Of a stretch of 64,000 bases of DNA, positions 1-14,491 are shown in pieces. Numbering within the stretch: the first letter of the stretch is position 1; each line of letters opens with the position of its first letter. This stretch comes from Hormiphora californensis (Eukaryota > Animalia > Ctenophora), in NCBI GenBank assembly GCA_020137815.1, contig CM035352.1:3596001-3660000 (forward strand), in the 5' to 3' direction. The notes under the pieces are model-generated. The model was not told the origin of the DNA and did not search any database. It saw nothing but the letters and a program-made list of their open reading frames with translations. Made by a program: the position numbers and the translations under genes.

Positions 1-559
1 CTGCCAGTACAGCCCCCTGAAAAGGTGGAAAAGATCTGGACAATTGCCAAAACAGAGACCGTTCTCATCATCATGTGTAACAGTATTGAGGTGCTGAACT
101 TCCAGTTTGCAGATAGTTCATTAAGCAGCTGTGCTACAAGTTTGGGTGGTGATGTTGTGGATAATATCAAGTTTGGCTCTACTGACACAGCATCTAAATT
201 CTACAGAGGTAAGGCTAACAACAAAACGTTTATATCGGTCCAGTGTTTGTGCAGTATGTATCATGAGAGTTTGAGTACAGAACCTGGTTTATGTTATTTT
301 AGTGTTCTGCAACGTTCAGTGTACAGTGTACACATTACACAAGCTCCTATTCAATAAACTCACACCAATTACTCTTTACATTTAGCACCAGAGTGTCCTG
401 CTTTTACTTTTGAGGGATCAACACAAAGAAGCTGGACTGCCTCGCCAACAGGGACCACTGTCACCATCGAATGTACTAACAACCATATTCTTGTCGGAAG
501 TGTAACACTATCTTGCCAGATGGATGGATCGTGGTCAAGTGATGCACCACAGTGTGCTG
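1..559 (+). CDS. Internal exons of a multidomain extracellular protein: ctenophore-type repeat domain followed by a Sushi/CCP domain (gene incomplete in window)
   Basis: Exon <1-208 (LPVQPPEKVEKIWTIAKTETVLIIMCNSIEVLNF...DTASKFYR, donor G|gtaagg) and phase-1/phase-1 exon 386-559 (tttag|...ECPAF...GTTVTIECTNNHILVGSVTLSCQMDGSWSSDAPQC...|gttagt) with the Sushi Cys/Trp pattern. Confidence 0.8.
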
Positions 560-3119
560 GTTAGTGAATAACAGTACTGTATTTCGTAGTTACTAATATC
601 ACTATTCATCGGATATTAGTAACATTTCATTACAATATAAATACCGACGACATTACAGACTCCCCACAGACTCTATATGACGAGATTACATAAAATTCCT
701 GCCCCCTGTTCGGTAGTAATCACACACTTCGATCACACGAACATTTCCCCAACAAGTGAATAATAAAACTTAGATATCCCTACACGCCTTTCCCTGCAAG
801 GGGAGAGGCTGCTACTCAGCTGTTGTACACAGGGAGGACTCATGTTATCACTGATAAGTGTGTTCACACTAAATGTCAAGTTCAATTTATACCACAATTA
901 AAGTTTTATAAACTTACTTATACGTTGTGGGTTAAATTATTTTACCGACGACTGACGCTATGACGAAGTTGCAAGAACGTTCTAAAAGACCGTTCTGCAA
1001 CAAAACTAATCGCAGTCTCTCTCACACATACACATACACACACAAACCATTACCAAGAAAGTAATCTAGATATCTAATTCACCCTACACATGTCCTGATC
1101 CTTTCCATGATTACTTCTGTGATCTTGATCAACAAAATTTCTTGTCTCCTTGTTGAACAAAAGTCCCGGGTCCCCTGTCGGTTGTGGGATTCTATGGGAG
1201 CAGATTACGGTAAAAAGGATTGGCCGCGCTGGTAGATTGGAAAGGTAGAAAATTAGACTGCATCATCTTTCAAATGTAACACGCGACCTCCATGCATCCA
1301 GCCGGACATGCTGTTGGGTACAGGATACGCTGCGCCCATGGCCCCTTTTGGGCTTTCACCCCACTCCCTAAACGGGACTGAAAGCCACGCCCCGGCCACT
1401 ACCTCTGGAGTCTGGAGACGCTCTCAAGCGAATTCTCAAATAGCGAACAATCTTGCTGTCTGTTCTACTGCCCCTGGAATCACTCTCCCGACTCCTCGGT
1501 CCCCGCCACGCACCACGCTTGACGCTCCGAATCAACACGAAAAAACCCGAAAAAATCGAAAAAATCGAAAAAGTTCTTTTGCTTATCGAGAAACAGCAAT
1601 CCGACACCGGGGTCTCAGATAATAAACGCACACCACGATCGGTCACAGAGTGAACCTGCAAAGTGGTACTGGGTACAACACCGAAGTGTCGAGAGTACCC
1701 TCGTAAATACAAATACAAATACAATTATAATTTATATCCCGCTTTTGGGCCTATGCATTGTTAGTGCTAGGAGGACGCCGTTTCAATCAGTCGATTGAAG
1801 CAACGCACCCACCACTAACAAGCCTTCTAAAGCGGCTCTTATAGGATTATAAGATCCTAAAGGCCTTAAAAAACCGTCGGCAGTCATTCGATATAATATA
1901 TATAAATGTATGTAGAAAATAAGGGTTATAAAATATCTAATTAAGAAATAGCGTAATTAATTCGATGAGTGATTAAGTAGTTAGATAATTGAGAAATTAA
2001 CTAGTTAGATAATAGATAATTAACTAGTTAGATAATTAACTAGTTAGATAATTAACTGTTGATTAATAAGTACATAGTGTAAATACTAAGTAAGTAGTAT
2101 AGTTTAATAATTAATTCAAGTAAAAGGCTAGTGATCTAAAAAGGAGGCGAATAGCTAAGTAATTAGTTAATGGATAAAGTAACTGTAACAGGATAACCGA
2201 TAAGGTAATACACACTAACCTATTAATTGCTATATAAGGTTATGATCTAATAAATGGCCTATGGAAAATTCTAAAGAAGCTGGTAATAAATTAATGAATA
2301 ACGAGGTAGAAAAATAAAAAGCAAGAGACCAGAGGTCAGTCAGATAGGTTAAATACAAAGCTGTTAATAAATTAATTAATTGGAGCGGTAAAAAATAAAA
2401 AGGCAGGAGACCAGTGCAATGGCCAGTCAGAATAAGTTAATTAATGCGGTTGGGTTTAAAATTTAATGTATATATACGATAAAAACGTTAAGCTAATTAT
2501 AGTAAGCTGTAAGATAGATAACTGTACTAGACGTAAGTATATAGGTTCTAATTTAAAGTAATTTTAAGGTAACTAGGATAGAGAAGATATAAAATTAAGA
2601 GCTGCCCAACTTAGAAACTCTAGAGTCTATTCTCCAAACACACTCGTATAAAGTCCATGTATGTTTATCGTCTTGATGTCTTCGAGAACGTAATACCCTC
2701 CGTGATGTTCAATGAACATTGTTCAGGCTGGCTCACTCGCTCGCTCAAAGAACCTATGACTCTACTCTAGCCAGAAAGGAAAGAAACTCAACACACACTG
2801 TCACAATACAACCAGAAAATATACTCAAAAAACTCGACACTCTTGACATGATATCAGACCCCTACTCTACTCATATGTTGGAGGAAAGGACTTCAGATGA
2901 TGATGTAGTTATAGGGGATGTAGTCAAAATAGGAATGTAGTAGTGATAGGAATGTAGCACAGCAGAGGAATGTAGGACGTAAAAGGAAAGACCTCCCATC
3001 CGAGACTTCACCACAACACAGCCTTTCCCACGATGAATCTAAAACTCCTAACCGAGACTCAGCAGATCACCTCAAAACCTCACAACAAAGCCAAAAGAGG
3101 CACCACTTCAAAGACCCTA

Positions 3120-3465
3120 CCACCACATCACATGCTACACCACCACTTCACATACTTCACCACCACTTCACAGACTCCACCGCCACTTCACAGACTCCAC
3201 CACCACTTCACAGACTCCACCACCACTTCACAGACTCCACCACCACTTCACAAACTTCACTACCACTTCACAGACTCCACCACCACTTCACAGACCTCAC
3301 CACTTCACAGACACCACCACTTCACAGACTCCACCACCACCACTTCACAGACACCACCACCACCACTTCACAGACTCCACCACCACTTCACAGACACCAC
3401 CACCACCACTTCACAGACTCCACCACCACTTCACAGACCCCACCACCACTTCACAGACTCCACCG
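3120..3465. repeat. Minisatellite, ~21-bp unit CACCACTTCACAGACTCCAC with variants
   Basis: Directly visible tandem array; it explains the His/Thr-rich ORF 3033-3554. Confidence 0.9.
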
Positions 3466-3609
3466 GAAGACCACACTACAAACCCCCGATGCAACCAAAG
3501 CCTAACACAAATCCATCATGGAACCCGGTTGGCAAACGTTGCAGCGCGGGATAAGGCAGCGCGGGATAAGGCAGCGCTTTTCAAGGAACCCGGTATTGTC
3601 GGATACGGG

Positions 3610-3998
3610 ATAAGGAACCATAATAAAGTTCAAGAGCGCACCCCATCCAAGAGCGTACCACCTCCAAAAGACACCACTCCAAGAGCGCACCACATCAAAG
3701 AGAGCTCCCCGTCCAGAAGATACCGCGCGCAGGGGACACCACGCGCAGAAGAGACCGCACGCGCAAATACAACGCCGCGCTGGTCTCTTCTGCGCGTGGT
3801 GTCCCCTGCGCGTGGTATCTTCTGGATGGGGAACTCTCTTTGATGTGGTGCGCTCTTGAAGTGGTGTCTTCTGGAGGTGGTCCGCTCTTGGATGTGGTCT
3901 CTTTTGGGTGTGGTGCGCTCTCAGGTGTGGTCTCTCTTCGATCGGGTACGCTCTTGGGTGCTCTTGGAGGCTCTTGAACTTTATTATGGTTCCTTATT
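3610..3998. mobile_element. Palindromic (foldback) MITE-like element
   Basis: ATAAGGAACCATAATAAAGTTCAAGAGC...AGAAGAGACC on the left is mirrored by GGTCTCTTCT...GCTCTTGAACTTTATTATGGTTCCTTAT on the right, centre near 3770; internal ~20-bp subrepeats. Confidence 0.75.
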
Positions 3999-4189
3999 GC
4001 TGTTTGAAGTTATCGAGAAAAGTTTCCAAAAAAGACGGTCGCGGTTGTGCCCTAACGCGCGCACTCGTTTTTATTATTGCTTCGCGTGCGCTCATCATCT
4101 GATATGAGCTGGCTTACAGGCGTCGTTCTTGAGAACGCGCCGTTCTTGAGAACGCGGATACGGGGTAAGTCGGAAGAACCTGTCCGTTC

Positions 4190-4562
4190 CTCTCATGAGC
4201 GCTCATGAGTGTATCATGAGTGTATCATGAGTGTATCATGAGTGTATCATGAGTGTATCATGAGCGCTCATGAGACGTTTTTAGGTGTTTCAACGTCTCA
4301 TGAGCGCTCATGAGTGTATCATGAGTGTGTCATGAGTGTATCATGAGCGCTCATGAGTGCTCATGAGACCTTGCTCATGAGCGCTCATGAGACATATGTC
4401 TCATCCCATCTCTGTTTCAATGTCTCATGAGCGCTCATGAGACGTTTTGACCTACATGTGCTCATGAGTGTATCATGAGACATATGTCTCATGAGACATA
4501 TGTCTCATGAGACGTTAGGGTTATGGTTATGGTTGGGTTTAGGGTTGGGCTAGGGTTAGGGC
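4190..4562. repeat. Array of self-complementary 10-11-mers (CATGAGTGTAT / CATGAGCGCT) followed by a degenerate TTAGGG tract
   Basis: Directly visible; gttagggttatggttatggttgggtttagggttgggctagggttagg at ~4514-4561. Confidence 0.8.
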
Positions 4563-4623
4563 TTTCCTTTAGGTCTAGGGACCCGGCCCGTAGAGGGTAG
4601 GGCTAGGTCCAAGCCTATGGGTC

Positions 4624-4848
4624 ACAACGACACTCAGAGCTGACACTCCACAAAGTCCTCCTTTGGGAGCCTACTCACGGTCAATGTAAACGTGGCAGGC
4701 CCTCGAAAACCTTTGTGGATGTTCTACGGCAAGATACGGGTCTGGGAGACGTGAAGGAGATAGCTTCAGTTATGGAGGAACGTGATGCGTGGAGAAAACT
4801 TATTCAAGGCGTTCGGGAATTCCACCCGCCTTAAGTCAAGTAAGTCAA
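4624..4848 (+). mobile_element. 3' end of an RTE-clade LINE (5'-truncated); second copy at 6628-6827 continuing at 8130-8147
   Basis: Translates QRHSELTLHKVLLWEPTHGQCKRGRPSKTFVDVLRQDTG...MEERDAWRKLI*, which has the RTE C-terminal RGRP...DR.W motifs, followed by a short (TAAGTCAAG) repeat tail. Confidence 0.8.
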
Positions 4849-7800
4849 TAACGAACAGCTCCCCCGTATTATGTGGCCCTCATGTTCTGATGATGTATGT
4901 TTCCAATAATCAAGAGAAGATAATCCAACAACCTCGGTCCTCGCGTTGGCAAACCTTGCAGACCCCATGTCCCTACTCCCTATTTCTTGTAGTAGTATCT
5001 GATATTACATACAACAAGCTACAGATATTTCATTATTTCAAATTAGCAAGCAATTTCTGGCTCTTACAGCCGTCCATTGGGCCTAGATTTCTAACGAGTA
5101 TTTATGAGTCTCATTTTGTGACTTATCTCTAGTGTCTACTACTCTAAGTTACTAGGCTCTAAATCCAACATTTTTTAATATCTTCTTCATCATAATGTTT
5201 CTCCATTGGTTAGTTTTTTTTAAAAAATTAGTCAGGTCGTTCTCTTACGTCTAAACTTCAAAGTTCTGGCTCCTAAGCTAAGATGACTTTATTTAGTACT
5301 GTATGAAAATGGTAATTGTTTAAATATATAAATGCGTCGCATTTCTGAATGGTTATTAAAAATATCGTTTATGACGAGAGTTATGAAGTGTTTACTGTAA
5401 CCACTCAGACATGGGTCTGGGAAGTCTGGAATCCATGATAACATAACTCTTTAGATGCAGTCTAGACTTGACAGATGTGGCGAGCGGCGAAGGGCAATGA
5501 AGGGTTGAGAGAAGGATTGAGGAGATGCACGGATGCCAACCGTTGAGCAATATTACGGTGGAGAGAGAAACGGAGACCAATAAAAAATTGTTCGGAACAT
5601 CCTAATTGAATCATATTATTTTTGTCTGAGTTATCGATCGTTGGTATGCTGCGATGCTTTGCTCAGTTGTCATTGAAGCTTCATCCGCCATTGAATCTAG
5701 AATTTGACAGGGGATCCTTGAACCAGAATATATAATTTCAATTCGGAGGGAAATATTGAGAGATAGAGAGGGGGAATACAATCTCTATTATAATTTGAAA
5801 ATGTCGCGTTGCCGAAGTCGTGGCCGTTCCGTTTTGCTGGGCGACGAGATTGCTTCTTCATAAAATATTAAGTAAAGCTGTCTTTTACTCTCTTGTGACA
5901 ATTTTATATTATTTTTTAAATAAAATTTGGCAATTAAATTTCCATAGTTACAGATTCAGTTGCCATAGCAACAAGAGAGGCCGAGGGACAGTAGGCGGTA
6001 CCTAAATGTTAACCAGATCTGAGAGAATACGTACGTGCAAAACCACGTTTTTGTCAACAAGTCAGTCATTTCTTGACTAATTTGCAAAATCTTGGGCGTG
6101 TTGGAAAGAGGACATTGAGCTCTTTCAAATGAGACCCGGAGTCGAGTGAGTTGTCAACAGCCCGTGCTTGCAACGTACCCTATCATGGGTGTGCTAGTAT
6201 AATATACTATAGGAGTCAGATCAGATTCTTTTGCCCAAGATTCATTGTATCTCATTTATTATTTTAAAATTTTATCGACGTCTTTGGTGATGCAGTCACC
6301 CCTTCAAACGAAGCACACGAAACGAAGCCCTCTTACAACATAAGCTAGGGGATGGCATCACCAATCGACGTCTGAACTCTGACCTTGTAAAAGTAACACA
6401 TTTAACATGTTCTTAGCAATTTTAGCTTTTCACCAAAAATTACGCTGTAGAGAGATACAATGGGGCAAAAGGGAGTTCCCTCTTACACGGTTACATGGCG
6501 TCATACACATTTCTATTTGGAATTTCTATCTGGAATTTCTATTTGGAATTTCTATCTGAAAGAACCGCACGTGCAGATGCGCCGCGCTGCAGCTCATATT
6601 CACGTGCGAGATTAAAGGGAGAGACGACAGAGCTGACACTCCACAAAGTCCTCCTTTGGGAGCCTACTCACGGTCAATGTAAACGTGGCAGGCCCTCGAA
6701 AACCTTTGTGGATGTTCTACGGCAAGATACGGGTCTGGGAGACGTGAAGGAGATAGCTTCAGTTATGGAGGAACGTGATGCGTGGAGAAAACTTATTCAA
6801 GGCGTTCGGGAATTCCACCCGCCTTAAGGGTACACCTGGCGTTTTTCATCATTGAGTGCCCAACCAAATGACTTCACTAGGGTTTAGTTCATACAAAATG
6901 GACCTCAAATATGCAATTTTAGCCCTAAAGTCGAATTCATATTTTTGCTACAGCCTATTTTCAAAGTGGCGTTTTTTAAATTTTTGTTGAAATTTTTAAC
7001 CTCAGGACCACTTTTTTTGAGATAGAAACATTAGATTCTTGGAATTTGAAGAGAATATAAAGGTAAATAAGCCTAAAGAAGGATTTTTGAAATGGAGCTT
7101 ATTTCTGGCCATGAGAACGGTTTACTTTTTTACGTCTTTGACACGCTGGCTGAGAATGTTCCCATACTTCATTAGAGATGAAAATCTGGAAATAGTTGCT
7201 CAAAACGATTATCTATGTGGTCCAAAAATTTTGGAACTTTCCCGTCAAAGATGCGGTGTACAGAGCTTGTTTTGTGAAACCCGTCTTTTTGAAAAAGAGG
7301 GAAATTCCCTGTATCTCAAAAACGGATGATCGTAGAGACCTGGGACCAAGCTTAATCGATTCAGAAGGTCCGATTTTGGGGGGGTCATCTTAGAGACATT
7401 TTGCTCCTACTCCAGCCGTTTTTGCTGTAATTGCGAAAAAGGTATCAGTAAGTAAGGGGGGAAATCAGCCCGAAGCAGGCTACTGGAATAGTTGTTCCCC
7501 CTTTTCATAGAATTGGTTTTTCGCAATTACAGCAAAAACGGTTGGAGTAGGAGCAAAATGTCTCTCAGAAGACCCCCCCAAAATCGGACCTTCTGAATCG
7601 ATTAAGCTTGGTCCCAGGTCTCTACGATCATCCGTTTTTGAGATACAGGGAATTTCCCTCTTTTTCAAAAAGACGGGTTTCACAAAACAAGCTCTGTACA
7701 CCACATCTTTGACGGGAAAGTTCCAAAATTTTTGGGCCACATAGATAATCGTTTTGAGCAACTATTTCCAGATTTTCATCTCTAATGAAGCATGGGAACA

Positions 7801-9925
7801 TTCTCAGCCAGCGTGTCAAAGACGCAAAAAAGTAAACCGTTCTCATGGCCAGAAAAAAGCTCCATTTCAAAAATCCTTCTTTAGGCTTATTCACCTTTAT
7901 ATTCTCTTCAAATTCCAAGAATATAATGTTTCTATCTCAAAAAAAGTGGTCCTGAGGTTAAAAATTTCAACAAAAATTGAAAAAACGCCACTTTTAAAAT
8001 AGGCTGTAGCAAAAATATGAATTCGACTTTAAGGCTAAAATTGCATATTTGAGGTCCATTTTGTATGGCCTAAATCCTGGTGAAGTCATTTGGTTGGGCA
8101 CTCGATGATGAAAAACGCCAGGTGTACCCTTAAGTCAAGTAAGTCAATAACGAACAGCTCCCCCGTATTATGTGGCCCTCATGTTCTGATGATGTATGTT
8201 TCCAATAATCAAGAGAAGATAATCCAACAACCTCGGTCCTCGCGTTGGCAAACCTTGCAGACCCCATGTCCCTACTCCCTATTTCTTGTAGTAGTATCTG
8301 ATATTACATACAACAAGCTACAGATATTTCATTATTTCAAATTAGCAAGCAATTTCTGGCTCTTACAGCCGTCCATTGGCCCTAGATTTCTAACGAGTAT
8401 TTATGAGTCTCATTTTGTGACTTATCTCTAGTGTCTACTACTCTAAGTTACTAGGCTCTAAATCCAACATTTTTTAATATCTTCTTCATCATAATGTTTC
8501 TCCATTGGTTAGTTTTTTTTTAAAAATTAGTCAGGTCGTTCTCTTACGTCTAAACTTCAAAGTTCTGGCTCCTAAGCTAAGATGACTTTATTTAGTACTG
8601 TATGAAAATGGTAATTGTTTAAATATATAAATGCGTCGCATTTCTGAATGGTTATTAAAAATATCGTTTATGACGAGAGTTATGAAGTGTTTACTGTAAC
8701 CACTCAGACATGGGTCTGGGAAGTCTGGAATCCATGATAACATAACTCTTTAGATGCAGTCTAGACTTGACAGATGTGGCAAGCGGCGAAGGGCAATGAA
8801 GGGTTGAGAGAAGGATTGAGGAGATGCACGGATGCCAACCGTTGAGCAATATTACGGTGGAGAGAGAAACGGAGACCAATAAAAAATTGTTCGGAACATC
8901 CTAATTGAATCATATTATTTTTGTCTGAGTTATCGATCGTTGGTATGCTGCGATGCTTTGCTCAGTTGTCATTGAAGCTTCATCCGCCATTGAATCTAGA
9001 ATTTGACAGGGGATCCTTGAACCAGAATATATAATTTCAATTCGGAGGGAAATATTGAGAGATAGAGAGGGGGAATACAATCTCTATTATAATTTGAAAA
9101 TGTCGCGTTGCCGAAGTCGTGGCCGTTCCGTTTTGCTGGGCGACGAGATTGCTTCTTCATAAAATATTAAGTAAAGCTGTCTTTTACTCTCTTGTGACAA
9201 TTTTATATTATTTTTTAAATAAAATTTGGCAATTAAATTTCCATAGTTACAGATTCAGTTGCCATAGCAACAAGAGAGGCCGAGGGACAGTAGGCGGTAC
9301 CTAAATGTTAACCAGATCTGAGAGAATACGTACGTGCAAAACCACGTTTTTGTCAACAAGTCAGTCATTTCTTGACTAATTTGCAAAATCTTGGGCGTGT
9401 TGGAAAGAGGACATTGAGCTCTTTCAAATGAGACCCGGAGTCGAGTGAGTTGTCAACAGCCCGTGCTTGCAACGTACCCTATCATGGGTGTGCTAGTATA
9501 ATATACTATAGGAGTCAGATCAGATTCTTTTGCCCAAGATTCATTGTATCTCATTTATTATTTTAAAATTTTATCGACGTCTTTGGTGATGCAGTCACCC
9601 CTTCAAACGAAGCACACGAAACGAAGCCCTCTTACAACATAAGCTAGGGGATGGCATCACCAATCGACGTCTGAACTCTGACCTTGTAAAAGTAACACAT
9701 TTAACATGTTCTTAGCAATTTTAGCTTTTCACCAAAAATTACGCTGTAGAGAGATACAATGGGGCAAAATGGAGTTCCCTCTTACACGGTTACATGGCGT
9801 CATACACATTTCTATTTGGAATTTCTATCTGGAATTTCTATTTGGAATTTCTATCTGAAAGAACCGCACGTGCAGATGCGCCGCGCTGCAGCTCATATTC
9901 ACGTGCGAGATTAAAGGGAGAGACG
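4635..9925 (+). repeat. Tandem duplication of a ~1.99-kb unit (4635-6626 and 6628-9925); the second copy is interrupted by a MITE
   Basis: Identical ORF translations at 5392/8691 and 5820/9119 and a shared N-terminus at 6495/9794; only about four differences seen between the copies. Confidence 0.93.
6828..8129. mobile_element. Non-autonomous Kolobok-type DNA transposon (1.3 kb, ~610-bp TIRs, TTAA TSD)
   Basis: TTAA|GGGTACACCTGGCGTTTTTCATCA...TGATGAAAAACGCCAGGTGTACCC|TTAA; empty site with a single TTAA at 4831-4834. RR..YY termini with a TTAA TSD fit Kolobok rather than piggyBac (CC..GG). Confidence 0.88.
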
Positions 9926-11035
9926 CACATTAACGTTATACGATTGTCTCTCACTCTCTCTGGAAAAACCGCACGTGCAGATGGAGATGCGCCGTGCCGT
10001 GGCTTAAATTCACGTGCGTGTTATAATACATATTCTGACAGAAATTACGAGCAAGAAACTCCAATGTGTATGACGGACTGTAAGAGCATTGGCCTGACCC
10101 TATTCTCATTTCTTTCTGCACACAGATCACGCAAGAACTGTGGTCAGAGCATTGGCTCTTACATTTGCAATCGATGCGATCGCCCCAATTTTCTTGTTGT
10201 TCCAAACAAAGAAGCAGATTTGTAAGAGATAAGTAGATACAGATACAGATGCAGATGTAGATAGGAGGGTAGTTTCATCCTCTGATCACACACACATTTA
10301 CCTCATGATATAGCCCTCCCTCTCTCTCACCCCAGAAAGGGCAAATCACCCTTGACCACGCATGTTTAAAAGAACTGCTAGCAGAGAGAACCCAGCGAGA
10401 AAGGGAGAGAGAGAGAAAGAGAGAGAGGAATGGCAAATGTTTTTTGTTGATGACTTTAAATGCTGGTGGTCTTCATTTGCAGCTCCTTTTGTTGCTCAGC
10501 TTCAGCCAACCGATTTAGTGATTTCCCAACTCGCACCTCCTATTATACCAATATGTTTTCACTAAACTGATTTAGCCCACCCACGAATTCTGTAGCTAAT
10601 ACCCGAGTTCTTAGAATTAAGGGTTTACAACTATATATATCGAATCATGGGGGGGGGGGGGGGTACAGCCCAAAAATCAACCATAACCTGGATGTCTAAT
10701 TCTAAAATGGTTGATTTTGTGATACTTTTTTGTTTTTTTACATTTTTGGGCTGCACCCGCCACCCCCCACCCATCAAAAAACGTTTACCCACCTATAAAG
10801 AGGCGAAAAATATTGCAAAATATATGTGTCAAAAAATATTTGACGAAGAAGCCTTCTCGCTGCAATTACCAACGTTCTCAATTTTGACGAGGTTCATCTC
10901 CAAGGTCTTAGATGTATGGCCATCTACCATACAGATCTCCTAGTTACCTATGATTCTCACTCAGTGCTCATGAACGATCTCCCACAACTATCTACACACG
11001 ATCCTCTACCCCTAATGCAGCTCTCTTCCACTATT

Positions 11036-11178
11036 GTCTCTCTCTTTCTCTCTTAGTTCTCTCTCTATCTCTCCCTCTCTCCTCTCTTTTTCTCTTCTCT
11101 CTTTCCCTCTTAGATTTCTCTCTCTATCTCTCCCTCTCTCTCTCCTATCTTTTTCTCTTCTCTCTTTCCCTCTAAGTT

Positions 11179-11249
<71 letters not shown>

Positions 11250-11887
11250 CCCATCTCTCGTTCTCCGCTCTTTCTCCCTTCAATTCAATCTCAGCTCCTG
11301 TAATCTCTAGAGTTTGATTCAGCCTATTAGTTCTGCCCTCTATAACACAGCTACCACAGCTGTTGGTATCTATCTGATGTTTGAGTGCAATCAGTACTGC
11401 ATAGAATAATGTTCTGAATCTCTCTCTCTCTCTCTATCTCTATCTCTCTCTCTCTGACTCTCTCCCTCTCTCTAGACTCTTTCACCTTCTCTCTCTATTT
11501 CTTTCTCCCCTGATAGGGGATATAACGAATTTTAAATCCTTGCCGCGGGAGTATATGTCTGTTTTTCTGTTACATCTGTTGGCTTATAACAAATTTCCTT
11601 AGAAGAAATAAAATGATGAATCAGACAACATAAAACAACTTAGCTACCAGCTGTGTTATTCGTGACTGCCTTTAAATTATGTTAGTACAGAATTTAAGGT
11701 ATAAGTACACAACCACCAATATTCATCGGGTTAGACTATTATAGAGTGGCTTTGTGTGTAATATATAGTATAATAGTGCTGCACCAACAGAATGTTCTTC
11801 GCTGTACCATATAGAGCGGTGAACTCGCCATTATAATAGTTGTAATCGTCTCTCTCCATCTCTCTCCATTCCCCCTCTCTCTCTCCA

Positions 11888-11944
<57 letters not shown>

Positions 11945-12190
11945 CCCCTCTTTTTTGCGGTAATGGACCCTTGATGGAGTGCCTTCCGACGGATCGCCCT
12001 CTGTTCATTATAGATATTCCCATCTTCTGACATCCATAAATTATATTATATATTGCTCGCCTATTTTTCTATAAACTATATCGGTCTTCTATTCCAAAAT
12101 TATATAATACTAGCAAAACTGGGGCGATCGTACCGATCGCAAATCGAGGGATCTGTTTCCATATTTTTTCTCGATGTCTCTATCTTTCTG

Positions 12191-12285
<95 letters not shown>

Positions 12286-12332
12286 GTCTCTCTCTCTGTC
12301 TCCCTCTCTCTCTTTCTCACTCTTTCTCTCTC
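11036..12332. repeat. Cluster of (CT)n microsatellites (~11036-11250, 11420-11500, 11850-11950, 12177-12332)
   Basis: Directly visible; similar tracts at 24140-24260, 32120-32230, 39220-39320 and 48212-48362. Confidence 0.95.
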
Positions 12333-12502
12333 GCTTATGATATATGCTATGAGAATTAAACGAGAATTAAACGAGAATTAAACAAATAAAGATCAAAACA
12401 CTTGTACTGTGTTGCTAGATCCTAGACACGCACACTCACACACACACACACTCACACACGCAGACACATACACCCACACACACACAAACACACACACACA
12501 CA

Positions 12503-14143
<1,641 letters not shown>

Positions 14144-14491
14144 TACGCACGCAGACGCATACTCGCTCACACTCCTATATAATCAAACGCATAAACGGCA
14201 TACACTCCAACCACTGACACATCACCGAAGAGTTATTGCAGACAGACCGAGAGGATGCACCTGTTCTGCACATCTTCACCAAACATGACTAATAGCGTCA
14301 GTGGAATGGCTCTTCACCGGGCATGACATGGCGCCAGTGGGGCCGGCATCTTCACCAAACATGACTAATAGCGTCAGTGGAATGGCTCTTCACCGGGCAT
14401 GGCATGGCGCCAGTGGGGCCGGCAGTGTTGTTGTTTAAAGGACTTCAAGGTAGATGCGTGGTTTTCATTGAGATGGGATAGTTTGTCGAGG

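Noticed and set aside
1080-3100. Possible decayed retroelement with an AT-rich repeat block
   Set aside because: No recognisable protein motif or termini to support a call.
4514-4561. Telomere or interstitial telomeric array (also ~53180-53240)
   Set aside because: Short and degenerate; more likely an internal part of non-autonomous repeats.
7039-7918. Paired ORFs on opposite strands (96 aa and 65/93 aa)
   Set aside because: They are mirror translations of the MITE inverted arms with no transposase motifs.
11012-12359. ER/SL/HT-rich ORFs here and at 13924-14288, 24068-24523, 32083-32277, 48098-49212 and 59874-60239
   Set aside because: Translations of micro- and minisatellites.
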